From the sequence record OR513085.1: DNA of 64,000 bases; one strand, given 5' to 3'. The first letter of the stretch is position 1. Each line of letters opens with the position of its first letter. The notes below the pieces were generated by a model. The model was not told the DNA's origin, did no database searches, and was given only the letters and a program-made list of their open reading frames with translations. Position numbers and translations under genes: made by a program. Below are positions 9,344 through 18,621 of the stretch, piece by piece.

Positions 9344-10333
9344 ATGCACAAAATTGTTTACTTAGACACAGAAACTTCAGGATTGCCGCAAAGGCATGGC
9401 ACTCTTGAACAACAACCATACATACATTCCTGCTCAGTTATCAAAGAACATTTTGACGAACGTACAGGCGAACACTTAGAAGTTGAAAAATACGAAGTTT
9501 ATGACAGAGATACTGTTGACTTAGTTAATGAAGCTACCGTAAAAATCAACGGCATTACTAAGGAGTACTTGCTTGAGCACGGAATTCCTAGCGACGAAAT
9601 GTACGCAAAGATTAAGCGCTCTTTGGCTGATGCCGAGGTTATAGTATGTCACAACACTAAATTCGACTTACAATTACTTTGGTACACTGCTTTAAGACGT
9701 AGAGATAACGAGCTTATCATGAAAATTCTAACTACAAAAACATTCTGTACGTCAGCATACTCAAGACATTATAGCATTTCTGACAAAAAGCCATACCAAA
9801 TGAACCTTAGACATTTACATGATAAATTGTTTGGCTATGTTTTTGATGGCGCACATAATGCTTTAGCTGATACTATTGCTTTGCGTGATTGTACGCATGA
9901 ATTGCTTAAGCGTGGTGAAATTTCAGCAAAACATTTAACTTCGCCTACGTACTTTAGTTACGTAACTTTTGCAGAAGTTGGCGATGACGAATGGAAGCTG
10001 CAAATTTCAAACATTTGTCCTAAAACGTTTTATCCAATGACAACTCAGGAATCGTCGTCATTCAAGCTGTCTGAACTTACTAAAGCATTCAATGACTTTA
10101 CTATGGCATCATCTGTTATGTTTTTCCGAACTAAGGAAGACATTCAAAAAATTCAGACTGCATGCATTGAAAACTCAGGCTTCTGTACAACTTTAGGATT
10201 TAAGCTTATGACTTACTTAAACCGTGAGGATATTCTGGATAGTCGTGAACTTGCAGAATATCACAAGTCAATTGACAAAAAATTCATAAATCCTTTTGTA
10301 CTTTTCTCGGATAACAATAACAAATACGACTAG
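9344..10333 (+). CDS. DEDDh 3'-5' exonuclease (DnaQ-like) with C-terminal extension
   Basis: ExoI YLDTETSG, ExoII CHNTKFD, ExoIII AHNALADT. Confidence 0.9.
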   Translation: MHKIVYLDTETSGLPQRHGTLEQQPYIHSCSVIKEHFDERTGEHLEVEKYEVYDRDTVDLVNEATVKINGITKEYLLEHGIPSDEMYAKIKRSLADAEVIVCHNTKFDLQLLWYTALRRRDNELIMKILTTKTFCTSAYSRHYSISDKKPYQMNLRHLHDKLFGYVFDGAHNALADTIALRDCTHELLKRGEISAKHLTSPTYFSYVTFAEVGDDEWKLQISNICPKTFYPMTTQESSSFKLSELTKAFNDFTMASSVMFFRTKEDIQKIQTACIENSGFCTTLGFKLMTYLNREDILDSRELAEYHKSIDKKFINPFVLFSDNNNKYD

Positions 10334-10397
10334 GCAGGGTCTATGCTATCTGAACAGTCTTTATATGACAGGATAGGAATTTCCTGGACAGCCTAGC

Positions 10398-10429
10398 AAG
10401 CCTGGACATTTAAAATGTCCAGGCTTTTT
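10398..10429 (+). terminator. intrinsic terminator
   Basis: AAGCCTGGACATT...AATGTCCAGGCTT plus T-run. Confidence 0.75.
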
Positions 10430-10470
10430 GCATTTCAAAAGGAATATATAACTAAACAAACTTTACTTAC

Positions 10471-11724
10471 ATGGCTTTAAAAGATATAGTCGCAAATTCA
10501 TTCGCTAAGCAAGAATCGTCAATTGGTGCTGCAGTTAATGGAGTTTATGCTGACTTAACTGAACCTACATATTTAGTTTTTGAACCAATTTTTAACTTTA
10601 ATATGCCTACTGGCTTGCTGGCTGACGAGAGTCACGTTAACTCGGCGTTAGCGTTTTTGAAGCGAAATGGCGAAATGGCCAGGTATACTCAGCTTAAAAA
10701 TGCTATAGCTTCATTGAAAATTATGCTTCAGCAATCGCCTTGGATTTTTGAGTCAGTTACAGGTTTTTCTGATGCTATGTCTTACGAAATGAACGAGCCT
10801 GAAATTACAGATGGCAAAATTGAAATGGTTTTGCATGAAACTTTGGACATGCGAGTATCAAATTTCATTCATACTATGCAACAAGTTATATACGACTACA
10901 ATGTACGAGTTGTTGAAATATTGCCAAGAAACTTACAGGAATTCTCAATGGGAATTTTGATACATGAACTACGTTTTTTCCAGGACACTAACCAAGTAGC
11001 TTCCAAAATGCTAAAACAATTTGATGGCAATGGCGACGCTCAGGCAGTTATGTCGTCTAACCACTTTTTGCTACACTTTGGTAAATGTAGAATTTTACGT
11101 ACGTCAGGTAACAATATGTTCAAAGAATTTAGCAACGAAACTATTGATGCAGTTAAAATGAACCTGGACATTGAGTACAAAACATTTGTACAGACGCACA
11201 ACTTCAACACGCTTGCCGAGTATGACATAACTGGCCAGGCTGACCAAGTTAAGGTTGAAACCGCACAGGATAAAGTTCAGCAACTTTCTGATAAACTTAG
11301 TTCCGCAGTAGGTACGTCAAAAGTAGGCTTAGTAGGTAGTAATATTTTTGGTAACGCTGCAAATGTAGTAGGTAACCAATTCAACTTAAATTCATATTCT
11401 GCTGCAGGTATTTCTATGGACACCGTTAAAGCTAAACTAGCCAATGCTTATGATGTTGCTGAAGGTATTGCAATTAACTCAGCGTCCAGGTATGCAGAGC
11501 AATTGGCTAACAAAGGTGTACATGAACTTAAAAACATTTTTGGTGACGTAACTCAAGAAGTTGCAGGATTCCTGCCAAAACGCCTAACTACTAACATTTT
11601 CTTTCAAGGAATGTTAGGCCAATTCGAGGACTTAAAGAATCCTAGAATATGGGACATTATTGACACGCTGGCATCAGACACACACGTTAACAAACGAGGC
11701 ACTTACAATATCTATCGTCAATAG
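10471..11724 (+). CDS. late structural protein, possibly tube-fold baseplate protein (gp48/gp54-like)
   Basis: TATATAA late-like leader at ~10445; adjacent to gp5-like gene; fold assignment is by impression only. Confidence 0.4.
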   Translation: MALKDIVANSFAKQESSIGAAVNGVYADLTEPTYLVFEPIFNFNMPTGLLADESHVNSALAFLKRNGEMARYTQLKNAIASLKIMLQQSPWIFESVTGFSDAMSYEMNEPEITDGKIEMVLHETLDMRVSNFIHTMQQVIYDYNVRVVEILPRNLQEFSMGILIHELRFFQDTNQVASKMLKQFDGNGDAQAVMSSNHFLLHFGKCRILRTSGNNMFKEFSNETIDAVKMNLDIEYKTFVQTHNFNTLAEYDITGQADQVKVETAQDKVQQLSDKLSSAVGTSKVGLVGSNIFGNAANVVGNQFNLNSYSAAGISMDTVKAKLANAYDVAEGIAINSASRYAEQLANKGVHELKNIFGDVTQEVAGFLPKRLTTNIFFQGMLGQFEDLKNPRIWDIIDTLASDTHVNKRGTYNIYRQ

Positions 11725-11757
11725 ATATTGACATGCTTAGCATATAACATTTAAATA

Positions 11758-12531
11758 ATGGTAGACTTAGAAAATTTCCTTAAACTTCCACATGCCGAGG
11801 TAATGGGGACTGTTAAAAACAACAAGGACGAACATAAACAATCTCGGCTACAAATAGAAATTCCTGGCTTTAACCATGATGTGCCTAATGAACACAAAGA
11901 ATGGATTGAAAAGGCTACGGCTTCTATTAACAATACGCTTGACATACCTGCAGTAGGTGACGTAGTTTACGTAGTTACGACTAACGGACAATTACGTTGG
12001 CGCCACCTAGACTTTTTTGACAAAGATGCAATGAATCAATTTGTTGGCGACGATGACTACTTAAAATCCGTAGTGCTGACTTACAAAAACTTACAAAAGT
12101 TTGGCGCATCTGGACATCTTTTTGTAGGTTGGGCCGACTCGACTGGTTACAGAGTCATAAAAGACCAGGCACATTTTGAATTACGTAAAGACAACTCAGT
12201 TTTGCTTTACAATGGCAGACAGTCTGTGCATGTAAATAATGACAACATATCGCTAGGCTCCGAGAATATTTCAAAAGAACCTGGCGTTATGGGTGACCAA
12301 AATCACTTGTCATTGGATATGCTTAATGATACCATAAAGGCACTGGCTAACCTTGTCGAAAACCATATGAATCAGGTTGCGTTAAAATGTAAAACATCTC
12401 CATATACCGGGCATTTAGCTCCGGACTTTAGACAATTTGGCTCAAATTTTAAAAGCCGAGCATATGATTTATGCGGCAAAAACGCTTCACAATTTCCAAA
12501 AACTTTATCAAAAATAGTTTCACTAGACTAA
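11758..12531 (+). CDS. baseplate spike/hub gp5/VgrG-type OB-fold protein, no lysozyme domain
   Basis: GTVKNNKD..SRLQIEIPG...W...IPAVGDVVYV pattern of the gp5 OB domain. Confidence 0.7.
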   Translation: MVDLENFLKLPHAEVMGTVKNNKDEHKQSRLQIEIPGFNHDVPNEHKEWIEKATASINNTLDIPAVGDVVYVVTTNGQLRWRHLDFFDKDAMNQFVGDDDYLKSVVLTYKNLQKFGASGHLFVGWADSTGYRVIKDQAHFELRKDNSVLLYNGRQSVHVNNDNISLGSENISKEPGVMGDQNHLSLDMLNDTIKALANLVENHMNQVALKCKTSPYTGHLAPDFRQFGSNFKSRAYDLCGKNASQFPKTLSKIVSLD

Positions 12532-12559
12532 ACAAATGCGGCAATATTGCCGCATTTGT
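12532..12559 (+). terminator. terminator-like palindrome
   Basis: ACAAATGCGGCAATATTGCCGCATTTGT. Confidence 0.7.
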
Positions 12560-12647
12560 TGTACATTATAAACATAATCGAATAACACATTAAGTATGCA
12601 AAATGCGTACTTCGTAACACATTAACTTAAAAACCTCATTAATTACA

Positions 12648-13934
12648 ATGAAACATTTATTCAATGTGCAGCTTACAAACAATAGAGTACTTCCAGTGTA
12701 CAAAGCTGCCAACTTACGTCAACTTTACGTAAACCTTAGCCATTTTCAAAACATTGTCGGCGCTGACATCGAAACTTTAGTCAATGCCTTCAACAAAGAA
12801 CGCGAACATAACTTTGAACTTGTAAAAAGTAAAAGTAAATTGCAGTCTAATGTCTCTGATGATTTAATAAAGTCTGCAACTAAACCATTTACTGTAGCTA
12901 AGCTTCAAATTTGTGATAGCCACGCACAATATGGCTATTATGGAATTGATGCATTCTATCAAATGCATGACGAACTATCAATAATACTTAATGGAATTAA
13001 CTACGTTTCGGTTCAGCTGGCTCAGCTATTCTTTGATAACAAAGACGCATTTATTCTTGCAGACGTAGTGTATTCAATTCTTAACAATGAGCCTATAGCC
13101 TTGGATGTCAAAATAAACGATGCCCAAGTTTGGTACTTTCCGCAACATAAGCAATTTTATATTACGGAACAGGATTTTAACAGAGGTGTCAATGGTAATA
13201 TAGAATTGCCTAATAACTTTGATAACGAAATGCTGCTACGCGTTGCAGAAGGTAATGCATGCTATTATCGTTATGACGGCACATCTAATCCGGCATCTAC
13301 AATGATGTCTGAAATGGTTAAGCTTACAAGAGCTCCTGGAAAGCCTGGCGAATGGAAGGAATGGACTAGATATGTTGCCGTAAGTTTACTTACTGCGTTT
13401 ACTTTCGATTATCGCGATATGCCTGCATATAAAACAAAATTTATGACAGATTTACATAATGCTGCACACGAATTAAGCCATTTTGTAGTAGACAATGTAC
13501 AATTATCTGAATTTAACAAAATTCATGGCATTACAGATTTTATCAATTTTGTTAAGCTTCGTACAGGAGGCATGAAATTCCATGCTTTACGCGGTCATGA
13601 TAATACGCTTAACGTTTTCTTCAATGACAAACAGTCAGGTGACTTAGTTCATTTGACCAAGCCTTTCAAAAATTGGAGCGAATTTAAAAAGGCACATGCT
13701 ACTGATTTTGTTGAACGTATGCTTGACAGAGCCCCATCAATTTTTGTTACTGCAGATAGCCTTAAAATTACTATGCAACATGGCAGAGTAAAAGATGTAG
13801 AAAATTGGAATGCTGCATATGGTCCAGTAGATAGTATAGTAAGCACTACAGGCACAGTTAAATTCGCAAATGCTAATGATGTAGTTTCAAAAATGACTCC
13901 TGAACAAGTAATAAACACACTATCCCAACAATAA
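12648..13934 (+). CDS. hypothetical protein with HExxH motif
   Basis: 428-aa ORF; AAHELSHF. Confidence 0.7.
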   Translation: MKHLFNVQLTNNRVLPVYKAANLRQLYVNLSHFQNIVGADIETLVNAFNKEREHNFELVKSKSKLQSNVSDDLIKSATKPFTVAKLQICDSHAQYGYYGIDAFYQMHDELSIILNGINYVSVQLAQLFFDNKDAFILADVVYSILNNEPIALDVKINDAQVWYFPQHKQFYITEQDFNRGVNGNIELPNNFDNEMLLRVAEGNACYYRYDGTSNPASTMMSEMVKLTRAPGKPGEWKEWTRYVAVSLLTAFTFDYRDMPAYKTKFMTDLHNAAHELSHFVVDNVQLSEFNKIHGITDFINFVKLRTGGMKFHALRGHDNTLNVFFNDKQSGDLVHLTKPFKNWSEFKKAHATDFVERMLDRAPSIFVTADSLKITMQHGRVKDVENWNAAYGPVDSIVSTTGTVKFANANDVVSKMTPEQVINTLSQQ

Positions 13935-13976
13935 CATCTCTCAATTAGCTTGATTTTTTCATATTTGACATGAGTG

Positions 13977-14004
13977 GCCGGAACCTGACTAGTTCCGGCT
14001 TTTT
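13977..14004 (+). terminator. intrinsic terminator
   Basis: GCCGGAAC-N7-GTTCCGGC-TTTTT. Confidence 0.75.
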
Positions 14005-14066
14005 AGTTTATTAACGTTAAAAATTTTAACACTTTAATTGCAAATTTAACGTTATACGTATAACGT

Positions 14067-14111
14067 TTAACACTTTAAATTTTCAAAAGTCAAATAAAAT
14101 GTATAAATTTA
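14067..14111 (+). promoter_or_regulatory. promoter, TTAACA class
   Basis: TTAACA at 14067, TTTTCAAAAGTC-N12-TAAATTTA. Confidence 0.7.
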
Positions 14112-14260
14112 CATATTATTAAAGTTTACTGAAAATGTAAACATGCCTAAATCAGACCAGAGTGGTCAAAGTTTAAACAAAACAACTTAAAACAAACTTT
14201 TACATTTACGGGTAATTGGAAAACACTTTCAATATAGGCTGCCCACCTAAACCAAAACTT

Positions 14261-14605
14261 ATGAAAAAACTTTTAACAGCAGTGATGCTTAATGTCGGAG
14301 TTCTTTTTATTGCACAACAATCATTTACTGCAACGTTCTACTCAGATTACTATGAGGGAAAGAAAGCTGCAAATGGTTCAATATTCAGACAATCCGGGCT
14401 TACTGCCGCTAGCAACGTTTACAAACTTGGCACGAAAGTCAAGGTAACTAACGCTACAACAGGAAAATCGGTAACTGTGAAAATCACAGACCGCCTGGCT
14501 AAACGATTTAGTCACAAAATTGATCTTTCAAAAACGGCTTTTAGACAAATAGCGTCACTTGAAAAAGGCTATCAAAAAGTTATCGTTGAGGTCGTGGAAT
14601 CTTAA
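14261..14605 (+). CDS. rlpA: RlpA-like double-psi beta-barrel lytic transglycosylase with signal peptide
   Basis: ATFYSDYYEGKKAANG...LTAAS...LGTKVKVTN...SVTVKITDR...IDLSKTAF; hydrophobic N-terminus from ATG 14261. Confidence 0.85.
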   Translation: MKKLLTAVMLNVGVLFIAQQSFTATFYSDYYEGKKAANGSIFRQSGLTAASNVYKLGTKVKVTNATTGKSVTVKITDRLAKRFSHKIDLSKTAFRQIASLEKGYQKVIVEVVES

Positions 14606-14651
14606 CTACAAAACAGGGCAACTATTGACAAATGAAATATTTTTAAAATAG

Positions 14652-14694
14652 TTGCCCTTTTATTTTTACATGTCATAAAAAATGATTAAATTTA
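14652..14694 (+). promoter_or_regulatory. promoter, TTGC class
   Basis: TTGC...TTTTTACATGTC-N12-TAAATTTA. Confidence 0.75.
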
Positions 14695-14717
14695 CATATA
14701 ATTAAAAAATCAAAAAC

Positions 14718-14960
14718 ATGAATACAGTCGAAGTTAATTTAGAAAATGAAGAAATGTATGGCGAACCTGCGCATCCTGTAGTAATTGATAAAACTACAAC
14801 GTCATCGTATCCGGGCTTAACAAAGCTTGAACATATGTCAGCTACAATACTTGCAGGAATGCTATGTAGTCCTAGACATGATGCAATACCTATGCAACAA
14901 AAAATTTCAAATGCAGTAGATGCGGCAAAGGCTTTAATCAAAAAATGCAATTCAATTTAA
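14718..14960 (+). CDS. hypothetical protein
   Basis: 80-aa ORF after promoter. Confidence 0.65.
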   Translation: MNTVEVNLENEEMYGEPAHPVVIDKTTTSSYPGLTKLEHMSATILAGMLCSPRHDAIPMQQKISNAVDAAKALIKKCNSI

Positions 14961-14976
14961 CAAAAATAAAAACATC

Positions 14977-15549
14977 ATGGAATACAAAGAAATCATCGCA
15001 AAACTTGACAACCTTAGAGAACAAAAAACTGTAGTACTTAATCATGCTACTAATCCAGCAAATGACAAACTTCCGGCAGACATAAAGTCCGACCTTGAGC
15101 TTACATATGCTAAAAACTTGGATAAGATTAACTTGGAACTTATTGAAGTTATGAATGACATTTGTAACTATGCGGAAAATGACAGAATTATGCGTAATGT
15201 AGTTGCTATAAGACCATTCAACATTATGATGGGCCACCTTGTAGCTAATAACGTACATAGCATTGAAATGTCAGATGGTACTTTGCTTAAATACGAACAA
15301 TTCATGGAGTACTACAATGAAATTTATGAGCCAGGAGAAATGGACAGCTACAGTGCTGCAGATGTTAGAATTCGTATTGAGGAGGACCAAGACTTATCAA
15401 TTGCAGAAATAAACATGATCAAGTATTTTGATGTTAAGTTACTGCTAGATAATGAAGTGCACTGCCTAAACATGGAACGTGAAAGCAAAGAATACGTTAA
15501 CTTCAAGAAGTTGGTATGCAAACTTAATGCTAACTTAAACAACTATTAG
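14977..15549 (+). CDS. hypothetical protein
   Basis: 190-aa ORF. Confidence 0.7.
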   Translation: MEYKEIIAKLDNLREQKTVVLNHATNPANDKLPADIKSDLELTYAKNLDKINLELIEVMNDICNYAENDRIMRNVVAIRPFNIMMGHLVANNVHSIEMSDGTLLKYEQFMEYYNEIYEPGEMDSYSAADVRIRIEEDQDLSIAEINMIKYFDVKLLLDNEVHCLNMERESKEYVNFKKLVCKLNANLNNY

Positions 15550-15559
15550 CATAACGAAT

Positions 15560-15949
15560 ATGGGAACTAAAGCAAACATACCTATAGACTACTTGGTTAT
15601 TGAAACGCCAATATCATTGAATATTAATAACTACCTGGAGCTTTATGATGAAGCACAAATATCTGGCCAAGTTCTTTACAGATGCTTTGACAAGGATGGA
15701 ATGCATGTAGTACTAGGCAACCAACCTACATATTGTATGGAAACTAATAAGTTCTATGCAAACACTCCAGAAGGCAAACGCATTCAGCCAGAAATGATTT
15801 TGCTACGAAATACTATAAATGTAGGTGACGTTGAGAAAATTTCACATGGTATGATTAGTACTGAATTTGTACAACGTATGGCTACTACAAAGAAGCATTT
15901 AGTTAGCGATGAATTTCATGCTAGACTTAATTGCAAGAACGCTAAATAA
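15560..15949 (+). CDS. hypothetical protein
   Basis: 129-aa ORF. Confidence 0.65.
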   Translation: MGTKANIPIDYLVIETPISLNINNYLELYDEAQISGQVLYRCFDKDGMHVVLGNQPTYCMETNKFYANTPEGKRIQPEMILLRNTINVGDVEKISHGMISTEFVQRMATTKKHLVSDEFHARLNCKNAK

Positions 15950-15952
15950 AAT

Positions 15953-16501
15953 ATGAAGCATTCAATAAAACTAGGATTCGCGGCGGACAAAGAAGCCGCG
16001 AATCCTTCAGTCATTCATAAAATGTGGTCGCTACTTAATGGCATATACCACGTAGAAACTGTAATGACTCAACAAAGCTCAGACCTTTCAAAAGTCATAA
16101 TTGACATAGCTAACCAGGCTATGGTTCCAGTTTTTAAGTTTTTACCTAATTGGCATCAACATCCAAAGAACGCTAAACAAATTTCAGATGCTACGATAGT
16201 TGATAATTCGGGCATTATGCTGTTGGTTTGGAATGGTAAGTCTGCAGGCATTCATGGCTTAGCCAACAGAATGGAGAAAGCCAACAAACCTTATGTTAAG
16301 TTACAAGATGTTGAAACTACTTCAAAAACTCAGCAACGCTTAGAAGGTGAACGTTTTGTGCTATACCAGCTAAACAAAGGTACTGCTTACGAATTTAAGC
16401 GAGTACTTGAAGTCTACAAATCTGAAAACTACATTGTTAACATGGATGGCGAGCAAGTTAACTACTATAAATGCTTCCTGGTAGACTTTTACAATCCTTA
16501 A
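15953..16501 (+). CDS. SLOG/YspA-like protein
   Basis: MLLVWNGKSAGIHGLANRMEKANKPY resembles the SLOG-family AFWDGxSxGT motif. Confidence 0.5.
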   Translation: MKHSIKLGFAADKEAANPSVIHKMWSLLNGIYHVETVMTQQSSDLSKVIIDIANQAMVPVFKFLPNWHQHPKNAKQISDATIVDNSGIMLLVWNGKSAGIHGLANRMEKANKPYVKLQDVETTSKTQQRLEGERFVLYQLNKGTAYEFKRVLEVYKSENYIVNMDGEQVNYYKCFLVDFYNP

Positions 16502-16537
16502 TAGACATGGATAGATATAAAAAGTACTCTAACCAAC

Positions 16538-16918
16538 ATGCAAACATTCTTACAAACAATCAATGAATCTGGTGTGGTTGACTACCGAGTCAAAAATGAT
16601 GGTGATACTGTTACGCTAACAATGTACATAGGACAAGTTAATGTAGGTCGATTCATTGCAAAAATCGAAGATGACAAGGCAGTCATAACGCACATGAGGG
16701 TCGGCGAATACTATAGGCATAACGGTTACGGTACCGTTTTATTAAAGAAGCTTATAAGAATTTTAAAGACCAATTTTGAATCAATTAATGAAATTTATGT
16801 TACTATTAAGAAAAGTCAATCAGTTAGCACTGATATGTTTAGAGCGTTACTATCTAAGGCCGGGTTTGAACCACGTACTTATGGTACTATAGAAGCTACA
16901 TTTAGCCTGAAAGTCTAA
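16538..16918 (+). CDS. GNAT-fold protein with CTS-like N-terminus
   Basis: MQTFLQTINES; motif A MRVGEYYRHNGYGTVLLKKL; late-like GATATAAA upstream. Confidence 0.7.
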   Translation: MQTFLQTINESGVVDYRVKNDGDTVTLTMYIGQVNVGRFIAKIEDDKAVITHMRVGEYYRHNGYGTVLLKKLIRILKTNFESINEIYVTIKKSQSVSTDMFRALLSKAGFEPRTYGTIEATFSLKV

Positions 16919-16933
16919 CTACAAAATATACAC

Positions 16934-17227
16934 ATGGCAAACAAATTAGTGCAGAAACAAGCACTTAACAAATTGTTTCAAAAAATGTCAGAACAAGCAT
17001 TTAAACAAACATTTAATGCCGACACAGTTTCGGAAGACTTAGCAACCAACATTGATTCAATTTCATCTACGTTTGCAAAAAACATGGCTGCTAATTCAGA
17101 TGCGCTTTTTGAAATCATAGATCAGCTTGTAGATACTAAGCTAAGCACAGCCACTATAATTCCTAAGTTAGGTGCACCTAGTGGCGGAGGGCCAGTAACT
17201 GGCGTCATAACTATAACAGGAACATAA
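16934..17227 (+). CDS. hypothetical protein, probably structural
   Basis: 97 aa, C-terminal LGAPSGGGPVTGVITITG; late cluster. Confidence 0.6.
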   Translation: MANKLVQKQALNKLFQKMSEQAFKQTFNADTVSEDLATNIDSISSTFAKNMAANSDALFEIIDQLVDTKLSTATIIPKLGAPSGGGPVTGVITITGT

Positions 17228-17250
17228 ACCAAATTTTAAATAACACTAAT

Positions 17251-17466
17251 ATGAACAACAGCCAAAAACCTTCACAAACACCGACCGGTTGGGATATGAA
17301 CCAAGCAAGCTCGGCTATGTTTTTGAACGAAACAATTACTTGTGCTCATGAAATGTACGACAGTCAATTAGTTGCTACTGGAAAAGCCAAGTCGCTTAAT
17401 GAAGCTAGAAATCAGCCAAGAGCAATTTCATGTAATTGCAACAAATGCTCGCAAAGAGGTAAGTAG
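17251..17466 (+). CDS. small Cys-containing hypothetical protein
   Basis: 71 aa, CxCxxC tail. Confidence 0.5.
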   Translation: MNNSQKPSQTPTGWDMNQASSAMFLNETITCAHEMYDSQLVATGKAKSLNEARNQPRAISCNCNKCSQRGK

Positions 17467-17488
17467 AACTTTTAAATCTAACCGCACT

Positions 17489-17626
17489 ATGGTAGTTATC
17501 GTAGAAACAATTATGTACTCTGCCGGTATAGGAGGTTATCTTTACTACGAGTTCAAACACTGGATTTGCAGAAACAAAGCCTCAGAATTACACCAAAACG
17601 TTCTTGATGAACGTGACGTTAAATAA
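17489..17626 (+). CDS. putative small membrane protein
   Basis: internal ATG of track ORF 17372; hydrophobic N-terminus; ends at terminator. Confidence 0.35.
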   Translation: MVVIVETIMYSAGIGGYLYYEFKHWICRNKASELHQNVLDERDVK

Positions 17627-17627
17627 C

Positions 17628-17661
17628 AAAAATGCCAAGCATCCTGGATGCTTGGCATTTT
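17628..17661. terminator. bidirectional terminator between convergent genes
   Basis: AAAAATGCCAAGCAT-CCTGG-ATGCTTGGCATTTT. Confidence 0.8.
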
Positions 17662-17680
17662 TGTGTAAATATAGTTAGTC

Positions 17681-18559
17681 TTAACTGAACATAATAATTG
17701 GCGATGAGCCGTCAGCATCAAGTTCTTCCTTAACTTCATCAATTAGTTCCTGGCCCCATTCTTTGTATTCGCTTGGGTCAATCTCTATACCTCCTGGCAT
17801 TTTGAATCCAAATACTCGTAGAATCCTAGTGATGTTTTTAAGGCACATACCTACTACGTATCTTGTAAATCTGTCGTCATCATAAAGGTCCTGTAAACAT
17901 AGACGTTCGTAAACTTCTAGCACAATGTTTGACGTTGGAACGTCAGAAAGGAAACGTAGCGTACGTGAGTTTCTGTTGTAGCTATGATAGTAGTGCTTGC
18001 TAAAAATTGAATTTATGTCACCTTGTGCTTGGATAGCAATCATAGAGTCACCGATGTTATCGTAGAATCTGTTTGAATAAACTTTGTTGATTGCATTCAT
18101 AGCGTAACCTCCAACTGAAGTATTTGACCAAGCTGCAGCTGTCATGAACATAGTTTCGTAACGGAATGCTAGGTTGTAGCTATACGGCATCATAGTAAAT
18201 GAAGTGTTTGGGTTAATTCCCTTCACTTGGTTAACTGACAATATTCTGTGAGGTAGTCTGATGTCCAAGTTAAAGTTGCCATTACGTCTAAGGTCGTTAG
18301 TGTCGATCATAAGCCACTTAATTTCCACAGCATCTTCGCAATGACGGAAATACCACTCTGCAGCCTGTTCAACTACGATTGGAATATTGTCGATAGGCAC
18401 TTGGAAAGGCAATTGTCCGTTTATCGTGATCATGTTTTGTATCTTTTGAAGGAACGCCAAATCCGCAGCATACTCGTCTTCCAATGACTCCTTGGAATAA
18501 ATTGACTTTATTAAGTCTTCACGGCTCCAACCGTTTTTAAATTGTCTTTCGTTTGACAT
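17681..18559 (-). CDS. neck protein gp13-like
   Basis: YVVGMCLKNITRILRVFGFKMPGGIEIDPSEYKEWGQELIDEVKEEL matches the T4 gp13 C-terminal LPGGV motif; start MSNERQ. Confidence 0.8.
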   Translation of the reverse strand: MSNERQFKNGWSREDLIKSIYSKESLEDEYAADLAFLQKIQNMITINGQLPFQVPIDNIPIVVEQAAEWYFRHCEDAVEIKWLMIDTNDLRRNGNFNLDIRLPHRILSVNQVKGINPNTSFTMMPYSYNLAFRYETMFMTAAAWSNTSVGGYAMNAINKVYSNRFYDNIGDSMIAIQAQGDINSIFSKHYYHSYNRNSRTLRFLSDVPTSNIVLEVYERLCLQDLYDDDRFTRYVVGMCLKNITRILRVFGFKMPGGIEIDPSEYKEWGQELIDEVKEELDADGSSPIIMFS

Positions 18560-18579
18560 AATTGTAGATTGTTGTTTAA

Positions 18580-18596
18580 GTATGTATAATACATAC
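18580..18596. promoter_or_regulatory. candidate bidirectional late promoter
   Basis: GTATGTAT-A-ATACATAC inverted repeat between divergent structural genes. Confidence 0.5.
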
Positions 18597-18621
18597 ACTA
18601 TCAAAATATTTAATACGTACT

